Source of the DNA: Chloroflexota bacterium
GTDB lineage: Bacteria > Chloroflexota > Limnocylindria > Limnocylindrales > CSP1-4
Length of the DNA stretch: 63,106 nucleotides
Direction of reading: 5' to 3'
Assembly (NCBI GenBank): GCA_032128175.1
Contig: JAQBHC010000098.1
Span: forward strand, 1-63,106
The notes beneath the pieces are model-generated. The model was not told where the DNA came from, did not search any database, and saw only the letters and a list, made by a program, of their open reading frames with translations. A program made the position numbers and the translations under genes. Shown one piece after another: positions 8,335-16,300 of this stretch (within the stretch, counting starts at the first letter, position 1; each line of letters begins with the position of its first letter).

Positions 8335-8679
8335 ATGGTGCGCCGATTCATGAAGAGTTTCGGGGTTGCGGTCTCGGTGGCCGCCATTGTCCTCAGCCTC
8401 AGTGCCAGTGCCGTCTTCGCTGGTGAAGTCACCGGAAACGGTAAGCCGCTCTGGACGAATACCGAGGATTGGGACGCACACCACACGCTGCATGGCAAGT
8501 CGTTGTGCGCCTTCTCAGGACAGGAAGATGACCAATTCCTCTCCAGCCCCGATTACAGTCCCGACGCTGGTCATGCGCAGTCGTGGGGGCAGATCTCCAA
8601 GTCAGGCAGAACCTTTCTCACCTCGATAGGTTTGAATCCTGGTATCGCATGCAACCCGACCAAGAGTGGGGGCGAGTAG
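8335..8679 (+). CDS. small secreted hypothetical protein (signal peptide; His- and Cys-containing mature part)
   Basis: GGAGG at 8321-8325, 9 nt before ATG 8335. Signal-like N-terminus MVRRFMKSFGVAVSVAAIVLSLSASAVFAGE. Lower GC (about 58% by hand count) and atypical codons (AGA, ATA, TTG, AGT) versus neighbours. No family recognised. Confidence 0.6.
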   Translation: MVRRFMKSFGVAVSVAAIVLSLSASAVFAGEVTGNGKPLWTNTEDWDAHHTLHGKSLCAFSGQEDDQFLSSPDYSPDAGHAQSWGQISKSGRTFLTSIGLNPGIACNPTKSGGE

Positions 8680-8897
8680 TCAACGGTAAATAGCGCTTGC
8701 TCTGTGCCTGGGGTCGGGGCCAACCCTCCTCCCCATCAATGGCAGCGACGTGGAGGCCGTCGGCCACGAGCCGGCGGCCTCCATCGACACGAACGGCCAG
8801 GTTGATCGACTGGCGAAGGCCTTGCGGGACGCTGCGCGGGGATGACCCCGTCATGGATGGCCTCGTGGGCGCCTGGGGCGTCGACCTGGCTCCGTTC

Positions 8898-9278
8898 CTA
8901 GCGCGATCGGAGCGGGACGAGACGCCCGCGGCCGTACGCGACGAAGGCAGCCATGACGAGCCATAGAACGTTGAATGGGATGTTCACGACCTCGTCGCGA
9001 CTAAGGTGGAACAGGATTGCGCCGGCCATGATCGGGATCAGCCCGAGGGCCGCCAGGGCAGTGAGCCGAGGCTGGATGCCCGTCAGGCCCGGCAGGATCA
9101 AGCCGGCCGCCGCGGCGATTTCCGCAATCCCGATGGCCATCGCGGCCGGTTGGCCCACCATGTCGTAGACCCACGACATTATCTCGGGCAGACCGTCGGG
9201 AGCCACGAACTTCATGATGCCGTAGGCGAGGAATACAAGAGCCAATACTCCCTGAGCGACCCAGAGCGCGATGTTCAT
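8898..9278 (-). CDS. DoxX family membrane protein
   Basis: 126 aa with four TM helices (MNIALWVAQGVLALVFLAYGIMKF...). AAGGAGG lies 5 nt upstream of ATG 9278. The upstream 13 codons in the ORF track are rejected. Confidence 0.8.
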   Translation of the reverse strand: MNIALWVAQGVLALVFLAYGIMKFVAPDGLPEIMSWVYDMVGQPAAMAIGIAEIAAAAGLILPGLTGIQPRLTALAALGLIPIMAGAILFHLSRDEVVNIPFNVLWLVMAAFVAYGRGRLVPLRSR

Positions 9279-9413
9279 TCGAGCCTCCTTGCGCCATGCG
9301 CCCCACCGAACGCCCACCTCGGTACCTGGCCTGCCTCATGCTGTCAACCTGGGCAGGCAATCCGGCACCGAAATCTGCGCAGCTTCGCCCCTCCGACCTC
9401 GTACCATCGCGTG

Positions 9414-10370
9414 GTGGAGGACCAACGGAGTCCGCTCCTCGGAAGCCTGACCGTCGCGGTCGCCGCGTGCCTGTTCGCGATGCTCGGTGTCCTGTCCCGC
9501 AACGCCTATGACCTCGGGTTGACTCCATTCGCCTTCGTGACCTGGCGAGCAGGGGTTGCAGCACTTGGGATGGCCGCGTTCATCCTCGTGGGTCTCCGGC
9601 GCGGTGGACGGCTGGTCGGCTGGCGCTCGCTCGATCGCCGGGCCCGCGCGTCACTCGGGGTGGCCGCGCTCATGGGTGCCACGCTGGATCTCACGATGTT
9701 CCAGGCCTTTGCCCGGGTGCCGGTCGCAATCGTGCTCCTGTGCTTCTACCTGTTTCCCGCGCTCGTCGCCGCAGGATCCGCGCTCCTGGGCTGGGAGCGG
9801 ATGGACCGGCGGCGGGCCGCAGCGTTGGTCATCGCAATGGGCGGGATGGTGGCGGTCGTCCTCGGCGGCCCGGGTGACGGAACCGCGGCCGGACTGGATC
9901 CGGTGGGGGTTGTTCTCGCCCTGGCGTCTGCGGGAGCTCAGGCGGTCTTCGTACTCATCAGCCGCCATGGATATCGAGCGGTCCCGACGGACCAGGCGAT
10001 GGGCGTGATCCTCACGATCTCGGCCGTGATCGCGGCCCTCCTTGCGATCGGCGGCGTCGGATGGTCGTCGTTGTCGCTGCCGCTCTCATCACCCGGGCTC
10101 CTTGGCCTGATGGTCTTCGCCGGCCTGTTCGCGGCGGCCATTCCGAGCTTCATGTTCCTCGCCGGCATTCGATCGATCGGTCCGGTCCGATCCGGGATCC
10201 TCATGCTGATCCAGCCGGTCGTCGGCGTCGCCCTTGCTGCGCTGCTCCTGCAGGAAGCGGTCGGCCCCATCCAGGCGACCGGCGGCATCGCCATCCTCGT
10301 CGCGGCGGTGATCATCCAACGCTCGACCACTCAAAGCCAGCCCTTGCCCGCACACACCCCGGCCCCATGA
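9414..10370 (+). CDS. DMT superfamily (EamA-like) transporter
   Basis: About 10 TM segments with two EamA-like halves. The ORF-track start at 9006 overlaps DoxX on the other strand and is rejected. GTG at 9414 (or 9411) sits 6 nt after a TACCAT -10-like hexamer. Confidence 0.8.
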   Translation: MEDQRSPLLGSLTVAVAACLFAMLGVLSRNAYDLGLTPFAFVTWRAGVAALGMAAFILVGLRRGGRLVGWRSLDRRARASLGVAALMGATLDLTMFQAFARVPVAIVLLCFYLFPALVAAGSALLGWERMDRRRAAALVIAMGGMVAVVLGGPGDGTAAGLDPVGVVLALASAGAQAVFVLISRHGYRAVPTDQAMGVILTISAVIAALLAIGGVGWSSLSLPLSSPGLLGLMVFAGLFAAAIPSFMFLAGIRSIGPVRSGILMLIQPVVGVALAALLLQEAVGPIQATGGIAILVAAVIIQRSTTQSQPLPAHTPAP

Positions 10371-10432
10371 TCAATCCCCGCGCGCTTGCGAAACGCCGGC
10401 GCAGACCCCCGAGCTTCCGGTACGCTGCAAGA

Positions 10433-10518
10433 GCCGGAGTGGCGGAATGGCAGACGCAGTCGACTTAAAATCGGCAGCCCGCAAGGGCGTGAGGGTTCGA
10501 GTCCCTCCTCCGGTACCA
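10433..10518 (+). tRNA. tRNA-Leu (anticodon TAA), CCA encoded
   Basis: Acceptor stem GCCGGAG/CTCCGGT, anticodon loop CTTAAAA, long variable arm, GGTTCGAGTCC T-arm, 86 nt. Confidence 0.9.
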
Positions 10519-10548
10519 ATCTGTCCCACCGACCCGGAGCGGAACCCC

Positions 10549-11298
10549 CTACGGCAATGTCACAAACTGTGAGAGGAACCCCCGCGCCGACGCCGTGTCC
10601 ATTCGGTAGGCCACGTTCGTCGAGCGGCAGATTGCGTCGCCCGTGATCGTGGTCGCGGCAACGGTGTCAGTACCGCCCAGGAAGTTCGGCCCACCGGAAT
10701 CGCCATAGCACGCGCCGCCATTGCCGAGTGCCGGGTTCTGGGAGATCCGGAGCCACGCCTTGTTCGTCGTGTTCAGGGTCCCGGTGGCCACCATCCGAAC
10801 GTCGTCGTAGAGGTACCGATGGCCGCCAGGCCCGTTGGTCACTTCATTGGCGCCGTAGCCCACGGAAGTGAATAGCTGGTTCTTCGGAAGCGCTGAGAAG
10901 GCACCGGCTGCCGGCAGGCGCGCCGGTGTAGTGCCCGCAATCGGCTCGTCGAGAACGACCACGGCGATGTCATGCGGATCGCTTTGCTTGCCAGGATAGG
11001 CCGGGTCCGAGTGGAAGGTGCCCGTGAAGGTCGTGTCGCCGTCTTCGTAATCCGTATCGAACGTGACCTCGGCGAGGCCGCCGGGCTCAGCGCAGTGGGC
11101 CGCCGTCAGAAAGACCGTTGGAGCGATGAGCGTCCCGGAGCAATAGATCCAGGTGCCATCCGAATACTGGGTCGGCGAGACCAACCCTCCGACGTACGGA
11201 TGCTCGCTCCCGTCCGGGGACCCAAAGGTGATGGCGGCCACCGGGGCGACCAAGACGAAGGCTGCGAACAGCGGCAGGGCGAACATGATGCGACGCAT
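10549..11298 (-). CDS. secreted trypsin-like (S1 family) serine protease
   Basis: Signal peptide, TAAHC (His), DIAVV (Asp) and CYGDSGGP (Ser) catalytic motifs. Start chosen at MRRIMFAL. TACAAT -10-like element upstream on the minus strand. Confidence 0.88.
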   Translation of the reverse strand: MRRIMFALPLFAAFVLVAPVAAITFGSPDGSEHPYVGGLVSPTQYSDGTWIYCSGTLIAPTVFLTAAHCAEPGGLAEVTFDTDYEDGDTTFTGTFHSDPAYPGKQSDPHDIAVVVLDEPIAGTTPARLPAAGAFSALPKNQLFTSVGYGANEVTNGPGGHRYLYDDVRMVATGTLNTTNKAWLRISQNPALGNGGACYGDSGGPNFLGGTDTVAATTITGDAICRSTNVAYRMDTASARGFLSQFVTLP

Positions 11299-11418
11299 TG
11301 CATCTCCATCGGGGGGTCGGGTCAAGATTGTATGGGGTAACAGTTTGCTGCTCCGCCCCGGCAACCCGCGCCGCCCCCGCGCGGCTATCGATCCCGTGAT
11401 TCCCCTCGGGACGAAGCG

Positions 11419-12639
11419 TCAGCCGCGGCGGAGCAGGCCCCCGAGGCCCTTGGACTTCCGCTCCTTGCCCTCGTCCATACGGGCCAGGCCCGCAACGCCG
11501 GCTGCCAGGCGGGCGAGTTGCGCGGCGGCGGCGGAGCGCGGGGCGCCCTGGACCACGGGAATACCCTCGTTGACGCTCTTCAGGAAGGCGAACCCGTCGT
11601 GCGGGATCCTGATGGCGACCTTCGTCCCGAGCGCCTCTTCGATGTCCGGCAAGCGCAGGAGTTCACGAGCGAAGATGTCGTTAAGGACGTACGAGATTTC
11701 CGCCCGCCCGTTCCCGCCCGCGAGCATCTCGCCCAGGGCATGGACGGACTTGATCGCCGGAAACTCCGGGGTCACCACGATCACCAGATCGGTCGCCCTG
11801 GCGAAGACGATCTCGGTGCGCGAGTCGAGGATCGACCCGGCGTCAATCACGACGAAGGGAAAGGCCTCGGCGGCTGTCATCAACAGCGTGCTCACGGCGG
11901 AATCGGACACACCAGCGGCGTCCTCCGGGGTAGCCGCCGCTCCAAGGACGAGGAGCCCCGAGCCGTGGCGATCCAGGGCTGCTGTGAGGAGCGCGGGGTC
12001 GCCTACCGTTGTCGGATCGCGTAGCAGATCGGGCAGGGCCTTCCGTACGGCCATGTTGAGGTGGGTCGTCACCTGCCCGAACTGGAAGTCGAGATCGAGG
12101 AGAGCCACGGCCCCCGGCCGTTCCGCGGCAAGCCATGTGGCAACGTTCACTGCCAGGCTGGTGGTGCCGACGCCGCCCTTGGGCGAGAAGAAGGCGATGA
12201 GCCTGCGATGCGCTCCGTCCCGGATCATCGTGTCGGCCCCGCCGGACGCACCGAGATCGTGGGAGCGCTGCATTCGCAGGCCCAGCGCCTCGGCCCGTGC
12301 ATCGAGCTCCCGCGGATCGAACGGCCGTGAGATCACGTCGTCGACACCAGCTTCAAGCAGCTGGATCCGATCTTCGATGTCGTCCGTCTGGACGACGCAC
12401 AGAATCGGCAGCGCGCTCAGGTTGACGGCCGCGTGAAGCGCCCGAGAGGCCTCGACCAGATTCTCGACCGGCTCATCGAGGTCGATCACGAGGACGTCAA
12501 CAGCCGAACCGTCGAGCCCGGAGGCTATGGCCGATTCGACCGTCTCGACAACCGTGGTCTCATGCCCGGAAGCGCGCAACGCCTCGACGACCGCGACATC
12601 CCCACCCTGGGACACAAGCAGAATACGGCTGGTTGCCAA
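11419..12639 (-). CDS. TadZ/CpaE-like ATPase with N-terminal degenerate receiver domain
   Basis: Receiver-like N-domain lacking the acidic pair (ILLVSQGGD) and with Lys->Arg (ISRPF). Atypical Walker A SPKGGVGTTS and DLDFQFG, typical of CpaE/TadZ. Basic amphipathic tail KSKGLGGLLRRG. TTG start at 12639 is preceded by GAGGA. The longer ORF-track start lacks an SD. Confidence 0.8.
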   Translation of the reverse strand: MATSRILLVSQGGDVAVVEALRASGHETTVVETVESAIASGLDGSAVDVLVIDLDEPVENLVEASRALHAAVNLSALPILCVVQTDDIEDRIQLLEAGVDDVISRPFDPRELDARAEALGLRMQRSHDLGASGGADTMIRDGAHRRLIAFFSPKGGVGTTSLAVNVATWLAAERPGAVALLDLDFQFGQVTTHLNMAVRKALPDLLRDPTTVGDPALLTAALDRHGSGLLVLGAAATPEDAAGVSDSAVSTLLMTAAEAFPFVVIDAGSILDSRTEIVFARATDLVIVVTPEFPAIKSVHALGEMLAGGNGRAEISYVLNDIFARELLRLPDIEEALGTKVAIRIPHDGFAFLKSVNEGIPVVQGAPRSAAAAQLARLAAGVAGLARMDEGKERKSKGLGGLLRRG

Positions 12640-12715
12640 CGTGATTCCTCGTGACGAGCGGTGCACCGCCGCCGGCACATGCCGCACGGCCCCTGAGGAT
12701 ACATCGCCGAGCCCG

Positions 12716-12724
12716 TGGTAGACT
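12716..12724 (+). promoter_or_regulatory. putative extended -10 promoter (TGgTAGACT) for rpsF-ssb-rpsR
   Basis: TG-n-TAGACT lies about 70 nt upstream of the rpsF ATG. The leader contains small hairpins (CCGCTGGACAGCGG, GGGCATGCCC). Confidence 0.4.
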
Positions 12725-12794
12725 CCCGGCCGGCCTTTCCGCTCCGCGTCCGCTGGACAGCGGGGCATGCCCATTGGAAGGAGATTGACGGCCC

Positions 12795-13223
12795 ATGCGC
12801 CGATACGAACTCATGCTCGTGATCCAGCCGGACGCGCCGGACGAGCGGATCGCCGCCATCGTGGATCGCGCCACGCGCCAGATCACGACCGACGGCGGAC
12901 GAATCATCAAGGTTGCCCCCTGGGGTCGCCGCCGTCTTGCCTACCCGATCGACCGACATCGCGACGGCTCGTACCACATCGTTCTCTTCGAGGCCGTGCC
13001 GACGACGATTGTCGAGATTGAGCGCACTCTGCTCATCACCGAAGAGGTCCTGCGCCATCTCATCGTTCGCCAGGATCGCCCGGTCAAGGCCTCTCAGGGC
13101 GATGGCACGGACGACTCCGACGATACTGATCTGCCGTCACCCGATGACGATGATGATGACGACGACGAGACCGAACGAATCGACGAGTCCGAGAGCGACG
13201 CGGCTCCGGCCGCCATTGACTGA
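12795..13223 (+). CDS. rpsF: 30S ribosomal protein S6 with long acidic C-terminal tail
   Basis: MRRYELMLVIQPD...WGRRRLAYPI core. Tail is DDSDDTDLPSPDDDDDDDDETERIDESESD. Confidence 0.95.
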   Translation: MRRYELMLVIQPDAPDERIAAIVDRATRQITTDGGRIIKVAPWGRRRLAYPIDRHRDGSYHIVLFEAVPTTIVEIERTLLITEEVLRHLIVRQDRPVKASQGDGTDDSDDTDLPSPDDDDDDDDETERIDESESDAAPAAID

Positions 13224-13235
13224 GGAGGGCGAACG

Positions 13236-13694
13236 ATGGCGTTCTGCAAGATTCAGGTGATCGGCAACCTCGGGCGGGATCCCGAGCTTCGATTCACGCC
13301 TAACGGGAAACCCGTGACCGAGTTCAGTGTCGCGGTCAACCAGGCCACCAAGAACCAGCAGACCGGAGAGTGGGTCGAGGCGACCGACTGGTTCAGGGTC
13401 AGCGTCTGGGGGGACCGGGCCGAGCGGTCGGCGGAGCAGCTCCGCAAGGGCAGCCGCGTGCTCGTGGACGGCCGGTTCCGCTCCCGCGAGTACGAGACGA
13501 AGGATGGCCGCAAGGGTCTGTCGCTCGAGATCACTGCCGACAACGTGATCCCGCTTGATCGTCGGGAGCAGGAAGGTACCTTCGCGGGCGCGGCCGCCGG
13601 CACCGCCGCTGCATCGGGCCCCAACGCCGGACCGTCGACCAGCGCCCCCGGAGCTCCTTTCGACGACACCGAGATCGACGAACTCCCGTTCTGA
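13236..13694 (+). CDS. ssb: single-stranded DNA-binding protein
   Basis: OB-fold N-terminus (VIGNLGRDPELRFTPNGKPVTEFSVAVN), Gly/Ala-rich linker, acidic tip DDTEIDELPF. Confidence 0.95.
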   Translation: MAFCKIQVIGNLGRDPELRFTPNGKPVTEFSVAVNQATKNQQTGEWVEATDWFRVSVWGDRAERSAEQLRKGSRVLVDGRFRSREYETKDGRKGLSLEITADNVIPLDRREQEGTFAGAAAGTAAASGPNAGPSTSAPGAPFDDTEIDELPF

Positions 13695-13747
13695 CCACGA
13701 CTTGACCACCTGCGTCCTCCCCGGGCGCCCACAGGAGAACCAATTCG

Positions 13748-14014
13748 ATGCCACCACCTCGCACCCGCAAGAAGGACGACTTCTACCGCGATCGGCGTCG
13801 CCGCAAGGTGTGCTCGTTCTGCGCGGACAAGACGGTCCAGATCGACTACAAGGAAGTGAACCGTCTGCGCCGCTACCTGTCCGAGCGCGCCAAGATCGAG
13901 CCGCGCCGGAAGACCGGAACGTGTGCCGGGCACCAGCGTGAGTTGTCGGTGGCGCTCAAGCGGGCACGGATCGTTGCCCTCCTCCCGTACGCGCCGCAGC
14001 ACCTCCGCCCCTGA
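13748..14014 (+). CDS. rpsR: 30S ribosomal protein S18
   Basis: [53 protein letters not shown]. Confidence 0.95.
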   Translation: MPPPRTRKKDDFYRDRRRRKVCSFCADKTVQIDYKEVNRLRRYLSERAKIEPRRKTGTCAGHQRELSVALKRARIVALLPYAPQHLRP

Positions 14015-14132
14015 CGCCGTTGGCCAGGACTGCTCCGCTCAGCGTTGTGATCCCGAAACGAACGGCTCAACCGGAGCGGGGGCTCGTCATGAACGCGGCT
14101 TGCGCCCATAGCCGGATCAGGAGCGCCTGACC

Positions 14133-15179
14133 ATGGATCTCCTGATCCTGGCCGTTTCATTCATCCTGATCCTGGCGGGCGCTGAGCTCTTCACCAACGG
14201 GATCGAGTGGTTCGGGCGCAAGCTCGGCCTTGCCGAAGGGGCGGTCGGATCGGTCCTCGCGGCCGTCGGCACGGCCCTGCCCGAGACGATGATCCCGATC
14301 ATCGCGATCCTGTTTGTGCAGGGTGAGTCCACCCACGGGATTGCGGTCGGAGCCATCCTCGGGGCGCCATTCATGCTGGCGACGCTGGCCATGTTCGTGA
14401 CCGGGATCGCCGTGGTCTGGCAGGCGCGGCGCCGCCCGGACGGCGACGTGATGCGTGTCGACGTACGCGTGCTGGGGCTCGACGTGCGCGTGTTTGCCGT
14501 CGCCTATGCCCTGGCCATCGGAGCGGCACTCCTGCCGAGCGATCCGACCTGGCCGAAGCTGGTCGTCGCCGGAACCCTGGTCCTGATCTACGCCTTCTAC
14601 GTGAAGCGACACTTCGAGGCGGATCCCGATGTGGACCTCGAGGACCTGGCTCCGCTGCGCTTCCGGCGTCTCGATCCAGTCCACCGGCGCGTCCCGGGGC
14701 CACCCCGTCTCCGCTTGGTCAATGCGCAGGTGCTCGCGGCCCTCGGTCTCATCGTCGTGGGGGCAATCGCCTTCGTCGGCGCGGTCGAGCATCTTGCCCA
14801 GACAATCGGGGTGTCAGAAGTGTTGCTGGCCCTGATCATTGCCCCGATCGCCACGGAGCTGCCCGAGAAATTCAATTCGATCATCTGGGTCCGCCAGGGG
14901 AAGGACACACTGGCGATCGGCAACATCACCGGCGCCATGGTGTTCCAGGCGAGCCTCCCGACGGTGGTCGCGCTGGTGTTCGCTCCCGACGCCTGGGTCA
15001 TCGGACCGGGTTCGTATGTTGCCTTCGCATCCGCGGGAATCGCCTTCATCTCAATCGCCGCAATCTTCATTCCGATGATCCGGCGCGGAACGCTGACCGG
15101 CCGGAGCCTGCTGATCGGCGGGGTGTTCTACGTGGCGTATCTGGTCCTGGTCCTCGGAGCGATCCTGAGTCCTGGCTGA
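14133..15179 (+). CDS. CaCA-family cation (Na+/Ca2+ or H+/Ca2+) exchanger membrane protein
   Basis: Two alpha-repeat signatures (AVGTALPETMI and IATELPEKFNS), about 10 TM segments. Confidence 0.85.
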   Translation: MDLLILAVSFILILAGAELFTNGIEWFGRKLGLAEGAVGSVLAAVGTALPETMIPIIAILFVQGESTHGIAVGAILGAPFMLATLAMFVTGIAVVWQARRRPDGDVMRVDVRVLGLDVRVFAVAYALAIGAALLPSDPTWPKLVVAGTLVLIYAFYVKRHFEADPDVDLEDLAPLRFRRLDPVHRRVPGPPRLRLVNAQVLAALGLIVVGAIAFVGAVEHLAQTIGVSEVLLALIIAPIATELPEKFNSIIWVRQGKDTLAIGNITGAMVFQASLPTVVALVFAPDAWVIGPGSYVAFASAGIAFISIAAIFIPMIRRGTLTGRSLLIGGVFYVAYLVLVLGAILSPG

Positions 15180-15215
15180 GCCAGGTTGGGTGGTAGGCCT
15201 GGCGGGAGGCCGCGC

Positions 15216-15221
15216 TATACT
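15216..15221 (+). promoter_or_regulatory. putative -10 (TATACT, context GCGCTATACTCGCC) for ilvE
   Basis: Matches the recurrent CTAyACTC motif, 56 nt upstream of ATG 15278. Confidence 0.35.
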
Positions 15222-15277
15222 CGCCCCCGAACCACGAGGTCCCGCGGCGTTGCCGCGACCATCAGGAGCGGTCCCCA

Positions 15278-16258
15278 ATGCTCACCAAGAACGCAGCCGC
15301 CCCGACACCGGCCAGCCGCGAGGCGTCACCCGCGCTGGACGACCTGATCTGCTACTTCGAGGGCAAGTTCGTAGCGCAGAAGGACGCGAAGGTCGGCGTG
15401 ATGACCCATGCGTTCATGTACGGCACCGCGGTGTTCGAGGGCATTCGGGCGTACTGGAATGCCGACGCGGGGGTCCTCTACGGATTGTTCCTCCACGAGC
15501 ACATGGAGCGGATCCGGCGCAACGCGGGGATGCTCTTCATGGAGAATCTCCCGAGCACGGATGAACTCGTGAAGCTGGTCGTGGAGACGGCGTCCCGCAA
15601 CGGGCTCCGCGAGGACCTGTACATCCGACCCTGCTTCTACAAGTCGAGCCGCGCCATCGGGGTCCGGCTTCACCACCTGGATCACGACCTGGTCATCTTC
15701 GCGGTGCCCTTCGGCAACTACATCGACGTCGACAAAGGCGTGCGGCTGATGACCTCGTCGTGGCGACGAAACGCCGACGATGCCCTCCCGGCTCGCGGGA
15801 AGATCGTCGGCGGCTACGTGAACATGGCCTTCCAGAAGACCGAGGCCGAACTCAACGGATTCGACGAGGCTCTGGTACTCACGTCGAACGGCCACGCCTC
15901 GGAAGCATCCGCTGCGAACATGTTCGTGGTCCGCGGCGGCGTCATCCTGACCCCGCCGGTCAGCGATGACATCCTCGAGGGGGTGACCCGGCGGGCCATC
16001 CTCGAGCTGGCGGCGAGTCTGGGTCTGACCGTCGAGATCCGTTCGATTGATCGATCGGAGATCTACGTGGCTGACGAGATGTTCCTGTGCGGCACGGGCG
16101 TCCAGGTCTCGCCCGTCATCGAGCTGGATCATCGACCGGTCGGCTCGGGTGCGGTGGGACCCATCACGCGCCAGATCCGGGACGCCTACTTCGATGCCGT
16201 TCGCGGGCGTAATCCCGCCTTCGCCCACTGGCTCACCCCGATCGCCATCACTGGCTGA
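15278..16258 (+). CDS. ilvE: branched-chain amino acid aminotransferase (class IV)
   Basis: FEGIRAYWN, VGGYVNMAFQKTEA, EASAANMFVV and ILEGVTRRAI motifs. Confidence 0.9.
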   Translation: MLTKNAAAPTPASREASPALDDLICYFEGKFVAQKDAKVGVMTHAFMYGTAVFEGIRAYWNADAGVLYGLFLHEHMERIRRNAGMLFMENLPSTDELVKLVVETASRNGLREDLYIRPCFYKSSRAIGVRLHHLDHDLVIFAVPFGNYIDVDKGVRLMTSSWRRNADDALPARGKIVGGYVNMAFQKTEAELNGFDEALVLTSNGHASEASAANMFVVRGGVILTPPVSDDILEGVTRRAILELAASLGLTVEIRSIDRSEIYVADEMFLCGTGVQVSPVIELDHRPVGSGAVGPITRQIRDAYFDAVRGRNPAFAHWLTPIAITG

Positions 16259-16300
16259 CGCGTACGCGGCTGATGGGCTCCGACCGACGGAGCCTTCGGG

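Noticed and set aside
8618-8966. Small ORFs in the convergent gap between the secreted-protein gene and DoxX: 8618-8854 (-) and 8697-8966 (+).
   Set aside because: No SD, no recognisable motifs, and overlap with flanking genes. They could be a gene remnant, but I cannot support that.
9006-9410. N-terminal 135-codon extension of the EamA transporter ORF.
   Set aside because: It overlaps the DoxX gene on the other strand and translates to non-membrane low-complexity sequence. The transporter's TM pattern begins only after about 9411.
7981-10518. Possible genomic island bounded by tRNA-Cys and tRNA-Leu(TAA).
   Set aside because: No integrase, recombinase or transposase. No direct repeat of a tRNA 3' end that I could find. 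Only the first ~600 bp show reduced GC.
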